From contig CBDURU010000001.1 of the NCBI GenBank assembly GCA_965369865.1, forward strand, positions 32,001-96,000: 64,000 nt of DNA, read 5' to 3'. The notes beneath the pieces are model-generated. The model had not been told where the DNA came from, made no database searches, and saw only the letters and a list, made by a program, of their open reading frames with translations. Source of the DNA: an uncultured bacterium (GTDB taxonomy: Bacteria; JAJVIF01; JAPKYR01). Position 1 is the first letter of the stretch; the number at the start of each line of letters is the position of its first letter. The position numbers were made by a program, and so were the translations under genes. Of the stretch, positions 1 to 9,347 are shown piece by piece.

Positions 1-276
1 AATGGGAAATTGACAACGATCTCTGCAATCAAAATTAAACCCGATGGCGAAAAGATATCGGAAGACACATGGGAGCAAATTGGTAAGATTCACTCGCATC
101 GTAGGGATAGACAAGATCAAAACGATGTGCATTTAGTTATAGTGTCTGGGATCGAAGTTCCTGATACGAATTTTGCCGAACTAAAATCGGCTGATACAAT
201 CCCTTACTTGATAGATAATTATGAACAACAAAGACACCTTGAGCAGCACCTTAAGGAAGTTTGCGAACCTTTATAA
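1..276 (+). CDS. 3' end of a hypothetical protein truncated by the window edge
   Basis: Frame is open from base 1 to the TAA at 274-276; no recognisable motif. Confidence 0.45.
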   Translation, partial: NGKLTTISAIKIKPDGEKISEDTWEQIGKIHSHRRDRQDQNDVHLVIVSGIEVPDTNFAELKSADTIPYLIDNYEQQRHLEQHLKEVCEPL

Positions 277-402
277 TAATGATTTTAATCATACGGAATC
301 AACCCTTGTTTGTTATGCATTGGTGGGAGAATATCGACACCCTTCGTGTTAAACGGAGTGCAGGAGCAGTCTCGTAGCTCGGAATTTACCTTGCCGGGAT
401 TT

Positions 403-411
403 TGATATAAT
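403..411 (+). promoter_or_regulatory. Possible extended -10 promoter (TGnTATAAT) for the 506-3808 operon
   Basis: TGATATAAT about 95 bp upstream of ATG 506. Confidence 0.35.
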
Positions 412-505
412 AAACAAGTAACCCACCGAATACAGGTTGCGTTTTATCAATGCATACCGGCAAGGAAAATGCCGGGCTACAACTTAACTTATAGGAAACT
501 TACCA

Positions 506-1327
506 ATGGACAAATACATCAAAATCGCAAATACCGGAGTACCATTCGACGACACTTTCATTCTCGACTGCCACGGGCATTTTGGACCGTGCCAGGGATT
601 CCATATCCCCAATCGTTCGGCGGATGAGTTCGTCACTGTACTCGACCGGATCGGCATCAACGCGGTCGTGATCAGCACACTTGGGAATTTTGTGCCATTC
701 GGGAACGATGTTGTCGCGGGGGCGATGTCGGCATATCCGGAGAGATTTATCGGATACGCACGGGTCAACGCGAATTATCCCGACGATGTCAAACCTGAAC
801 TCGTCCGCTGTTTCGACGAACTTGGTTTCAAGGGCATTAAGATTCATCCATACTGCGACCAGGTCTTTCCGGATGATCCCCGATATAAACCTGTCTGGGA
901 ATTTTCATCGGAGCGGAAAGTTCCGGTTCTCATCCACACCTGGAACAGCCTTAGGTATGTCGACGCGCTTCTCGATTACTGTCTTCCCTCACTTTTCGCG
1001 AAAATTGCCGAGGAATATCCCGACGCGATTATCCTGCTCGGGCATTCAGGAGGAGAATACGACGGTGTTCTCGATGCAATAAAAGTGGCCAAGGAATATC
1101 CGAATGTGTATCTTGATACCGCCTCATCCCGTCTCTATCCGGAAGTTATCGAGATGATGGTCGATGAGGTCGGGGCGGAAAGGGTGCTGTATGGCTCTGA
1201 TGTGCCGTTTCTCACGCCGGTTACGCAGGTCGGGAAAATCGTGTATGCAGATATTAAAGAATCTGAAAAGGAAATGATCCTGGGTTTGAATGCGGCGAAA
1301 CTTTTCGGTATAGAGGTAAAAAATTAA
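506..1327 (+). CDS. Amidohydrolase_2-family TIM-barrel metallohydrolase
   Basis: DCHGH, GIKIHP, LIHT, LGHSG and YGSDVP motifs. Confidence 0.9.
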   Translation: MDKYIKIANTGVPFDDTFILDCHGHFGPCQGFHIPNRSADEFVTVLDRIGINAVVISTLGNFVPFGNDVVAGAMSAYPERFIGYARVNANYPDDVKPELVRCFDELGFKGIKIHPYCDQVFPDDPRYKPVWEFSSERKVPVLIHTWNSLRYVDALLDYCLPSLFAKIAEEYPDAIILLGHSGGEYDGVLDAIKVAKEYPNVYLDTASSRLYPEVIEMMVDEVGAERVLYGSDVPFLTPVTQVGKIVYADIKESEKEMILGLNAAKLFGIEVKN

Positions 1328-1328
1328 A

Positions 1329-2573
1329 ATGACGGATAAACTGGCAATTGACGGGGGCACACCTGTCCGCGATAAGCCCCTCCCGCCGCCATATCCTGGC
1401 GCTCTCGTGATGGGAGAGGAGGAAAAAGCGGCGTTGATCGAGGTTATCGATCACAAATCGCCGTTCAGGTATTACGGTCCCGATATGCTTTTCAAGGTTT
1501 CGGAATTCGAGAGAGATCTGGAGAATTATTTCGGGATAAAACACGCGCTGGGAACGACCTCATGCACAGCCGCTTTAAAAATCGCACTTGTCGCGCTGGG
1601 AGTCGGTCCCGGCGATGAGGTGATAGTCTCCGCCTACACATTTATCGCCTGTGCAAGCGCGATCGTGGCGGCAAAGGCTGTGCCAGTCTTTGTGGAAGTG
1701 GATACCACTCTCAATATAAATCCGGTCGATCTCGAAGCGAAAATCACCACCAGAACGAAAGCGATAATGCTCGTCCACCTGCAGGGCGTCGCCTGCGATA
1801 TGGACACAATTCTTCCAATTGCGAAAAAACATAACATCGCGGTGCTCGAGGATTGCGCGCAGTCGTTCGGAACGCATTACAGGGAACAAAAGGTCGGCAC
1901 ATTTGGAAATGTCAGTGTCTTCAGTTTGCAAATGAATAAATTGATCACGGCTGGTGAGGGCGGCTTTGTAATTACCGACGACCGCGATTTGTATTATCGG
2001 GCCATCCGGTATCACGATCACGGCAACCTGCGTGAATACGAGGGCGGCGGGGCGTTTCTGGGTGAAAATTACAGGATGAGCGAATTCGCGGGCGCGCTGG
2101 GTGTTGTGCAACTTAAAAAACTTGGTGACATCATCGCGAGAATGAAGAAGGCGAAAGAGGAGATACTCAAGGGAATTATTGACATCGAAGGCCTTGAGTT
2201 CAGGCGAATCCCCGACGGCGCGGAGGATATCGGCACCAATGTGATTTTCTATCTCTCATCTACTGAAATTACAAAGAGATTTATCGAAGCTCTGAACGCT
2301 GAAAATATCGATTCAAGCGCAATGTACGGCGGAGCGATTTATGACACATGGCCGCAGGTACTTGATATGAGCACTGCCACTCCCGAAGGATGTCCGTTTA
2401 CGTGCCCGCATTACAAAGGCGAAGTAAAATATCATCACGGCATGTGCCCCGCAACGGAAGACCTCGCGGAACGATTGGTTTATATACCCCTTTCACCGAC
2501 TTTCAGCGAGCAGGAGATTTCCGATGTGATAACGGGCGTACGTAAAGTGGCGGGGCATGTTATTTCTTCGTAG
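1329..2573 (+). CDS. DegT/DnrJ/EryC1/StrS-family PLP aminotransferase
   Basis: GVGPGDEVIV, EDCAQS, SLQMNKLITAGEGG (PLP lysine) and NYRMSE motifs; starts 1 bp after the previous stop. Confidence 0.92.
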   Translation: MTDKLAIDGGTPVRDKPLPPPYPGALVMGEEEKAALIEVIDHKSPFRYYGPDMLFKVSEFERDLENYFGIKHALGTTSCTAALKIALVALGVGPGDEVIVSAYTFIACASAIVAAKAVPVFVEVDTTLNINPVDLEAKITTRTKAIMLVHLQGVACDMDTILPIAKKHNIAVLEDCAQSFGTHYREQKVGTFGNVSVFSLQMNKLITAGEGGFVITDDRDLYYRAIRYHDHGNLREYEGGGAFLGENYRMSEFAGALGVVQLKKLGDIIARMKKAKEEILKGIIDIEGLEFRRIPDGAEDIGTNVIFYLSSTEITKRFIEALNAENIDSSAMYGGAIYDTWPQVLDMSTATPEGCPFTCPHYKGEVKYHHGMCPATEDLAERLVYIPLSPTFSEQEISDVITGVRKVAGHVISS

Positions 2574-2641
2574 ATAAAGCATGGTGGAGAGATGCCGGGT
2601 AAACCGCAATATTCAGGCTATAATTACACATTGGAGATTCA

Positions 2642-3808
2642 ATGGAACCAAATATTTCCACAGAATATCTTGGCGTAAAATTAAAAAGCCCGATAATCAT
2701 CGCGCCTGCCGGGATTACGGAGACCGCTGAGCGTATTACCCGGTGCGAGGAAAATGGAGCGGGCGCGGTTGTGATGAAAACCCTGGGAGAGCTAGACATA
2801 ATGCGCTTCTCGCCGACCCCTCGCTTTCGCCTTCTGAAAAAGGGAAAGGGGCTTAATCAATTCGTCCTTTATTCGATCGAGCAGGCCTCACAATTTACTC
2901 CTGAAGAATACGCGGCTGAAATTTCAAGGAGTCGACGGCTTGTCAATATTCCGATTATCGCAAGCATTACATGCGGTACGGAAAAGATGTGGGTGGAGAG
3001 GGCGAAGCTGGTTGAGGATGCCGGGGCCGCAGCTCTGGAGATTAACATGGCGTGTCCCCATGGAATATTCGCGTCTTACGGTTCCGGCATTGAAGGCTAT
3101 ATCGCGCACATAACCGAACTTGTCACATCGGCAATAGAAATTCCGGTTGTACCTAAATTGCCTTCACAATTAACCGAACCGATGATGGTAGCAAAACAAG
3201 TCCAGGAAGCGGGCGCGAAGGGCGTTGTTATCTTTAACCGCTTCACCGGCCTTGATATTGACATTGATAAGCAGGCACCGATATTGCACGGTGGATTCGC
3301 CGGACATGGGGGCTACCACTCGATCCATTACCCGCTCAGGTGGATTACGGAAATATCGCCGTCCCTGGAAATTGATATTTCCGCGAGCGGCGGTGTTTCA
3401 CGCGGCAGGGATGCCGTTAAATACCTGCTCGCCGGGGCGACAGTGGTTCAGGTTTGCACTGTGGTTATTTTGAATGGTTATGAGGTTATCAAAAAGATCA
3501 ATTCTGAGATTGCGGATTACATGAGTAAACACAACTTCACATCAATATCGCAATTCAGGGGACTTGTGTGCGACCGCATCCTTAAATTGGAGGAGTATGA
3601 CAGGCGTCTTAGTGTAAGGGCTGTAATTGATAAGGAGAAATGCACGGGTTGTGGTTCATGCTTCAAGGCCTGCTTCTATAAAACCATTATCCCGGACGGT
3701 AAAATTTATCAGACGACCTCCGAATGCGCAGGTTGCGGACTTTGCCATGAGTTATGCGAGTTCGAGGCAATTACTATGGTGCCTTTCAATAACAACCATT
3801 CATCATAG
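2642..3808 (+). CDS. Dihydroorotate/dihydropyrimidine dehydrogenase-like FMN protein (PreA-like) with a C-terminal 2x[4Fe-4S] domain
   Basis: GAVVMKT, LEINMACPH, SASGG, GATVVQVCT; CTGCGSC...C and CAGCGLC...C. Confidence 0.85.
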   Translation: MEPNISTEYLGVKLKSPIIIAPAGITETAERITRCEENGAGAVVMKTLGELDIMRFSPTPRFRLLKKGKGLNQFVLYSIEQASQFTPEEYAAEISRSRRLVNIPIIASITCGTEKMWVERAKLVEDAGAAALEINMACPHGIFASYGSGIEGYIAHITELVTSAIEIPVVPKLPSQLTEPMMVAKQVQEAGAKGVVIFNRFTGLDIDIDKQAPILHGGFAGHGGYHSIHYPLRWITEISPSLEIDISASGGVSRGRDAVKYLLAGATVVQVCTVVILNGYEVIKKINSEIADYMSKHNFTSISQFRGLVCDRILKLEEYDRRLSVRAVIDKEKCTGCGSCFKACFYKTIIPDGKIYQTTSECAGCGLCHELCEFEAITMVPFNNNHSS

Positions 3809-3961
3809 TCATTTCAGGAAGGGTCCTTTTGATAAGACCTATTTCCGTAGCCATTTTTATTTTATATCAGGTATTAACCATTTTTAGCCACTGCGGATTA
3901 ATTTACAGGTTTCCGGGAGATTATGATTAAAGTGAGAAATGAAATAACCGTAGAACAGCAC

Positions 3962-4101
3962 GGGGCTATTGAAAAAGTGGTTTGACTGAAAAAACACAAG
4001 CAATCAAAGCTTTCGATACCGTTTCCCATGCGGACGGGCCGTCCGCGGTACTGCAGGCCGGCGGCCTGCGCTACGGGATTTAGTATTTTATCAACAGCCC
4101 C
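3962..4101. mobile_element. 140-bp MITE copy 1 with terminal inverted repeats and GCAC target duplication
   Basis: GGGGCTATTGAAAAA...TTTATCAACAGCCCC flanked by GCAC at 3958-3961 and 4102-4105; homologous to 16083-16222. Confidence 0.85.
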
Positions 4102-4105
4102 GCAC

Positions 4106-4161
4106 GGAAGTGCGTTCATCGGAAGTGCGTTCATCGGAAGTGCGTTCATCGGAAGTGCGTT
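4106..4161. repeat. 15-bp tandem repeat (GGAAGTGCGTTCATC) x3.7
   Basis: Three perfect units plus a partial fourth, directly after the MITE. Confidence 0.9.
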
Positions 4162-4397
4162 GAAAAGGTTGTTTTAGGGCGGGAGACGCACTGCCGTGCC
4201 GTTCTACGGTTTGTCGTTTTTTCGATGGTTAAAAATGATTAATATTTTTTATATATATTCACAGGCGCACAATTCTTATTCCTTCTCAGGATCGCTTTTC
4301 GTCCTGACGATCATCTTCCGAGATTCAGCGGCACCCGCCTGAAAATAATGTTATCCTTCCCAGGCAAAAAATCCAACATGGATACAGAAGGAGTTGT

Positions 4398-5891
4398 TTG
4401 TTGAACACTGAAACCAATAAAGGTGTATTCGTTATTTACACGGGCGGGACGGTCGGATCGAGACCGCGTGACCCGAACGATCCTGACAGCCCGAGGACCT
4501 TTATAGCATGGGATGAACTTGTAGAACTTACCCCGGCATTGAACGATCTTGATTTCCCGGTGTCAGGCTGGAGTTTCGCTGCGCCAACCGATTCATGCAA
4601 CATAGGGCCGCGCGAGTGGCGCCTGATGGCGGAGAAGATCGAGGAGAACTACGACAGCTACGAAGGATTTGTGATTCTTCATGGCACCGACACGATGGTG
4701 TATACAGCGTCGGTTCTTTCTTTCATGCTGGTTAACCTCGGGAAACCGGTTATCCTGACAGGAGCACAGAGGAGCCATTTATATCAAGCCAGGAACGACG
4801 CCGAGCAGAACCTTATCACAGCTCTGAGAATTGCCAATCCGAAAGACTCCGGAATTCCAGTAGTACCGGAGGTTTGTATTTTCTTTCGTGACGATCTTTA
4901 CAGAGGAAATCGCTGTATTAAAGAGGACGCAAGCGGTTACAACGCGTACTCCAGCCCCAACTACCCTCACCTTGGCTGGGCGGGAGATAAAATCCATATC
5001 GACACGAGGCACATCCGGCCAATACCTACGCAGTCGTTCAGGATTCGGCGCAATATGAACTCGAATGTAATATCGTTCAATGTTTTTCCGGGCATCCAGG
5101 ACACCGATGTGGTGCAGCGCCTCTTAAACGCTCCTAACCTTCGGGGCATAATCCTGTGCACGTTCGGATCCGGGAATATACCAACGAGTCCGGATTTTCT
5201 GGAACCATTCAGGAAAGCGGTGGAGAGAGGTGTGATCATCCAGAGTGTAACGCAGTGCACTCGAGGCATGGTTGAACTTGGACTTTATGAGAGCAGCGCC
5301 AGGCTTCTGGAAATAGGAATTATATCAGGCCTGGATATCACCGATGAGGCCGCGTTGTGCAAGATGATGGTACTGCTTGGAGACGAGGATCTGACTGAGA
5401 ATGAGGTTGCAGACCTGATGCAGCAGGACCTTGAAGGTGAGATGTCGCTGTCGGTTTTCACAACTCGATTCAGGAAACAAGACAATAACAAATTAAATGC
5501 CTCACAAAAAAGTCTGCGACTGGTATCTGTCGATTTCCTTCCGGGAGACTGGCAGGGCTGGAAAATCAGTTCGGCTGTATTTAGATTCAGAAAAGCCAGG
5601 ATTGAAAATAAACCGCTCGATGAACCGGTGTCGATCCGGGTTTTTCTAAACCTGGGATCTAACGACACACTTGACGATAAAAGCCCGAATTACGCCGGTG
5701 AGTTTCTACGAATGGTGAACGATGAACCATCCATTGTATCGTTCGATGTCACCAAGGTAGCCCGAAGGCTTTTCAAGCCGGGGATGAAGGTATCTTTTAC
5801 AATATCAATCGGAGAGGATTCTCAGGGATCATTTGAATGGGATAGTGCCGAGTTTTGTATCTATTCGGGAAGTACGGTGGACAGCCGGTAG
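4398..5891 (+). CDS. ansA: Type I L-asparaginase with an extra C-terminal beta-rich domain
   Basis: YTGGTVG and HGTDTM catalytic motifs, ILTGAQ, RGNR, SPNYP, TFGSGN; about 140-aa extension. Confidence 0.85.
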   Translation: MLNTETNKGVFVIYTGGTVGSRPRDPNDPDSPRTFIAWDELVELTPALNDLDFPVSGWSFAAPTDSCNIGPREWRLMAEKIEENYDSYEGFVILHGTDTMVYTASVLSFMLVNLGKPVILTGAQRSHLYQARNDAEQNLITALRIANPKDSGIPVVPEVCIFFRDDLYRGNRCIKEDASGYNAYSSPNYPHLGWAGDKIHIDTRHIRPIPTQSFRIRRNMNSNVISFNVFPGIQDTDVVQRLLNAPNLRGIILCTFGSGNIPTSPDFLEPFRKAVERGVIIQSVTQCTRGMVELGLYESSARLLEIGIISGLDITDEAALCKMMVLLGDEDLTENEVADLMQQDLEGEMSLSVFTTRFRKQDNNKLNASQKSLRLVSVDFLPGDWQGWKISSAVFRFRKARIENKPLDEPVSIRVFLNLGSNDTLDDKSPNYAGEFLRMVNDEPSIVSFDVTKVARRLFKPGMKVSFTISIGEDSQGSFEWDSAEFCIYSGSTVDSR

Positions 5892-5923
5892 GCTGGTTTA
5901 CGAAAAGTGCAGGACAAGCAGTG

Positions 5924-6916
5924 TCAGGCCAGGGCCTTAAACAGGATCCAGCAACCCAGGATTACGGTTATGATCGAAATGACCAGGACAAGGTTTTTTT
6001 GCGGTAGCTGCCGGACAGTGTAAGCGCTGAGCGGAATACTGCATATCGCCCCGAATGCAAGCGCAATTGCCAGCGAAAGGTCTGTAATTTTCCCGGCAAT
6101 AATAAACAGCGCAACCGCAATCAGGCACGTCAGGCCTTCAGCAAGCGATGTAATGCCGATTGCAGGTTTGCCTTCAACACCGCTCACCAGTTGCCCACCA
6201 ATTACCACGGGTCCATATCCACCGCCAGAAAGTGCCTTGTTAAAGCTTGCCACGACACCCAGAACGAATATCTTCCTCCAGGAAAACCTGAATTGCCTGC
6301 CCCTTGTAGCGACCAGGATAATTCCCACCGCGAGAATAATAGCGCCAATAAATATTTTCAGTGTATAAGGGCTGATATTCACCGCAATTTGCACTGCGAT
6401 CAGTGCGCCCACAATGCTGCATGAAGCCAGCACCATCGCGATTTTCAAGTGCTGGGAACCCGGTTTCAGAATGACATTTCCAGCCTCACTATGGCTGATT
6501 GCCGCGGGGATTCCCGCAAGAAACTGGGAAATTAAAATTGCAGGCACAATCTGGATTGGTTCTAAGCCAAATGGCAGGATTAAAAGGAGCGGTGTAAGGG
6601 TTGTGCCGTATCCCATTCCAAGGGTTGAATCTATATATTCGCAGACAAGTGCCAGTACAGCGATTAAGAAGAATTGCAGGCTCCATAATTCGACTATCAT
6701 AACCTCCGGCGAAAGGACCTTGAACTGGAAATAAAACAACACGACGAATGATATCGCAAAGGTGATTGCCCAGACAGTCAGAAGTTTCCTGACCACACCC
6801 CGTTTCAGGGATATCCAGAAGCGAAGGTATAAAGGTACTTTCGTGGAGGTTTGTGAAGTTACCGGATCATAAATGTCTGGCATTAGGATTTCCATTATAC
6901 CGGAAGAACCAAACAA
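5924..6916 (-). CDS. TauE/SafE-family (sulfite exporter-like) membrane protein
   Basis: DSTLGMGYG and SGGGYGP repeat motifs, many hydrophobic helices; start uncertain. Confidence 0.85.
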   Translation of the reverse strand: MFGSSGIMEILMPDIYDPVTSQTSTKVPLYLRFWISLKRGVVRKLLTVWAITFAISFVVLFYFQFKVLSPEVMIVELWSLQFFLIAVLALVCEYIDSTLGMGYGTTLTPLLLILPFGLEPIQIVPAILISQFLAGIPAAISHSEAGNVILKPGSQHLKIAMVLASCSIVGALIAVQIAVNISPYTLKIFIGAIILAVGIILVATRGRQFRFSWRKIFVLGVVASFNKALSGGGYGPVVIGGQLVSGVEGKPAIGITSLAEGLTCLIAVALFIIAGKITDLSLAIALAFGAICSIPLSAYTVRQLPQKNLVLVISIITVILGCWILFKALA

Positions 6917-6950
6917 TGGTCTATGGTAACGAAAACGAAAGTAAAATAAT

Positions 6951-6982
6951 CAGGCCGGGAAAGAGTCACCTAACCCGGCCTG
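6951..6982 (-). terminator. Probable intrinsic terminator after the glutamate-synthase-like gene
   Basis: CAGGCCGGG...CCCGGCCTG stem followed by a T-rich tract on the minus strand. Confidence 0.55.
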
Positions 6983-7034
6983 TGCTGTAAGAACAGCATG
7001 TCAGTATTATTTTTAATGTAATCCGGAACCAGTG

Positions 7035-8618
7035 TTAACAACCCAGGATTTTATCAACCTCGTCCTTATCGACATCCATTACGTATTTAATACCGCTTAT
7101 CCTGGCTGCCTCCGGAGTCAGTGCCGCCAGATCATCCCGCGACATGTACTCAAGGGCGAACTTGCGGCTACCGGCCATCATCTGGCGCAAACCCTGTGCA
7201 AGGCGTTCGTAGTACGTGTACAGCCCGATTGCACCAGTGGGAATCTTTTCAAATTCATCGTTACCCAATTCTTTCCTGAGATGAGAGGCGGTTACGAATA
7301 TCTTATCGATGGAATGTCCAAAGCGCTCAACATAAACGGGAACCTGGTTTTCTTTGATGGTTCTTCCGATCGTCTTGCCGACCATCGCAGCCGCAATGGG
7401 ACTTCTGGCCATCCCGATAAGCTTCACAAACGGAGCGCCCATGGCGAGACCCTTGAACATCTGGTCCTCGAATGTGAAACCACCGGCTACCGCTATCGCA
7501 GGTATATGTTCTCCAGCGTCATCCAGACGCTTTGCATATTTGTACAGGAGCGAATGTATCTCAACAGGCGGAATACCCCATTCATTCATCATCCGCCATG
7601 GACTCATGCCAGTGCCGCCACCGGCTCCATCGACAGTGAGAAGATCGAGTTTGTATTTGGATGCGAACTTGACAGCCCGTGCCAGGTCGGCGGGACGGTA
7701 GGCGCCGGTCTTGAGGAATATATATTTTGCGCCGGCCGCGCGAAGCTCCAGAACTCTCTGGGCGAATGACTCCTCGGTGACCATCCCGACGCGGGAGTGC
7801 CGTTCGAACTCGGTAAATGCGCCTTTCTCGAAAGCTTCGATCACATGCGGATCGGTCGGATCCGGAATGACAACGTAGCCGCGCTTATAAAGGAGTTGGG
7901 CTTTCTCGAGATTTTTAACCTTAACCTCACCGCCGATATCTTTCGCGCCCTGACCCCATTTGAGTTCGACGCACTGGACGCCAAGTTTCTCGATAGCGTA
8001 TTCCTGCACACCCAGCCGTGTATCCTCAATGTTGGCCTGAACGACAATGGCTCCATACCCGTCACGCTGGTGATCAGTGAAAAGTTTCACCCGGCGTTTC
8101 AGGTCGACGGTATCGACCACCTGCCCATTTTTTATGACGGATTCAGGATCCATACCCACGACATTCTCGCCGATAGTCAGGCCCGTTCCGGCAATCGCGG
8201 TTCCAATCGCAAGCCCTTCCCAGTTGTTCTTGGCGATATTTGTCGAGCCGATTCCGGGAATCATAATCGGCAGACGGAACTTGATTCCCTTGTCATGACC
8301 GAAAGCGACCTCGAGGTTCACAGCGGGGAAAATGGCCTTATCACTGTCGGCTTCAATTCCGTGAGCGCCGACAGCGGTACCCATGATATTGAAATGTGAA
8401 TAATCGACCGGATAGTCTTTTTCAGCGGCGGTGGTGATAACACCGAACGGCTGAGGATAAATGACCTCGTGGCCACGGTAAGCGGACTTGCCGATCTCGC
8501 ACATACCGATACAGCCGTCGACACAGGTGACGCACATGCCGGATATAGGCGATATCGAACCTTCAGTCCTGTTTTTTGATAAAGTTGCGGCAGAGGCATT
8601 AATTCTCGAAAATGACAT
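7035..8618 (-). CDS. FMN-binding glutamate synthase family protein (stand-alone FMN domain)
   Basis: ELKWGQGAKDIGGE and TVDGAGGGTGMSP motifs; N-terminal CxxCxxxCxxxC; ATG 8618 has an AAGGAG RBS. Confidence 0.88.
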   Translation of the reverse strand: MSFSRINASAATLSKNRTEGSISPISGMCVTCVDGCIGMCEIGKSAYRGHEVIYPQPFGVITTAAEKDYPVDYSHFNIMGTAVGAHGIEADSDKAIFPAVNLEVAFGHDKGIKFRLPIMIPGIGSTNIAKNNWEGLAIGTAIAGTGLTIGENVVGMDPESVIKNGQVVDTVDLKRRVKLFTDHQRDGYGAIVVQANIEDTRLGVQEYAIEKLGVQCVELKWGQGAKDIGGEVKVKNLEKAQLLYKRGYVVIPDPTDPHVIEAFEKGAFTEFERHSRVGMVTEESFAQRVLELRAAGAKYIFLKTGAYRPADLARAVKFASKYKLDLLTVDGAGGGTGMSPWRMMNEWGIPPVEIHSLLYKYAKRLDDAGEHIPAIAVAGGFTFEDQMFKGLAMGAPFVKLIGMARSPIAAAMVGKTIGRTIKENQVPVYVERFGHSIDKIFVTASHLRKELGNDEFEKIPTGAIGLYTYYERLAQGLRQMMAGSRKFALEYMSRDDLAALTPEAARISGIKYVMDVDKDEVDKILGC

Positions 8619-8638
8619 CGTTATCTCCTTGGTTCTCG

Positions 8639-9316
8639 TCAATCCTTTGTTATTTCGCAGGCTACACAGGGGTCCATGTAGCACATCATGTCATCAAACT
8701 GTTCTTTTTCGACACAGGGCGGCGTCAGGTTGGCGCAGGCTCCGCAAATTGCCTTTTCAGGCTCGTTATAGGTACATCTGAGTTCGCAGACCGGACACAC
8801 ATACATACAGCCGCCGCAGCGACGGCAGACATCGGTTTCGATATCGAACGGGGTACCGATACTCCGATTTTCGCCGCGTCCGCGGAAGCCGATAGCCTTC
8901 GCCATCATCTGCTCCTCGCACATCCGGACGCAGAGTCCGCACAAAATGCAATCCTTGTACTCCTGTCTGAATCGCTGCTGGTGAACTCCGTACTTTGCAG
9001 CGAGATCCTGTATGGTTTTCGACTGCGGGACGACACTGAGCATCAATTCGATAATCATCCGGCGTGCCTTTAGAACTCGCTCCGATGCCGTCCGTACTTT
9101 CAGACCTTCTTCAGCAGGATATGTACAGGATGAAACCATTTTGGCCCTGGGACCCTCTCCGATTTCCACGACGCACAGCCTGCATGCGCCGTATGGAGTA
9201 AGTCCGTCCATATGGCACAGGGTGGGTATCGGGAATCCAAGATGCCGGGCGGCTTCGAGTAAAGTCGTGCCCTCTTCAACCTGAACACCCAGTCCGTTTA
9301 TTGTCAGAGTAATCAT
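8639..9316 (-). CDS. NuoG/HydA N-terminal-like Fe-S protein ([2Fe-2S] + 2x[4Fe-4S]) with no catalytic domain
   Basis: IPTLC, GACRLCVVE, SC, CILCGLCVRMC, CRRCGGCMYVCP; extra Cys-rich tail. Confidence 0.88.
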   Translation of the reverse strand: MITLTINGLGVQVEEGTTLLEAARHLGFPIPTLCHMDGLTPYGACRLCVVEIGEGPRAKMVSSCTYPAEEGLKVRTASERVLKARRMIIELMLSVVPQSKTIQDLAAKYGVHQQRFRQEYKDCILCGLCVRMCEEQMMAKAIGFRGRGENRSIGTPFDIETDVCRRCGGCMYVCPVCELRCTYNEPEKAICGACANLTPPCVEKEQFDDMMCYMDPCVACEITKD

Positions 9317-9347
9317 TGCTTTCTTTCCTGGTCACCGATCCATATCC

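Noticed and set aside
3898..4149. 83-aa ORF with MNALP repeats
   Set aside because: It is a translation of the minisatellite and MITE.
4106..4161. Short direct repeats as a CRISPR array
   Set aside because: Units are contiguous with no spacers, only 15 bp long, and no cas genes are present.
7032..8399. Long antisense ORFs (245 and 200 aa) and similar shadow ORFs across the window
   Set aside because: They overlap well-supported genes on the opposite strand and show no motifs.
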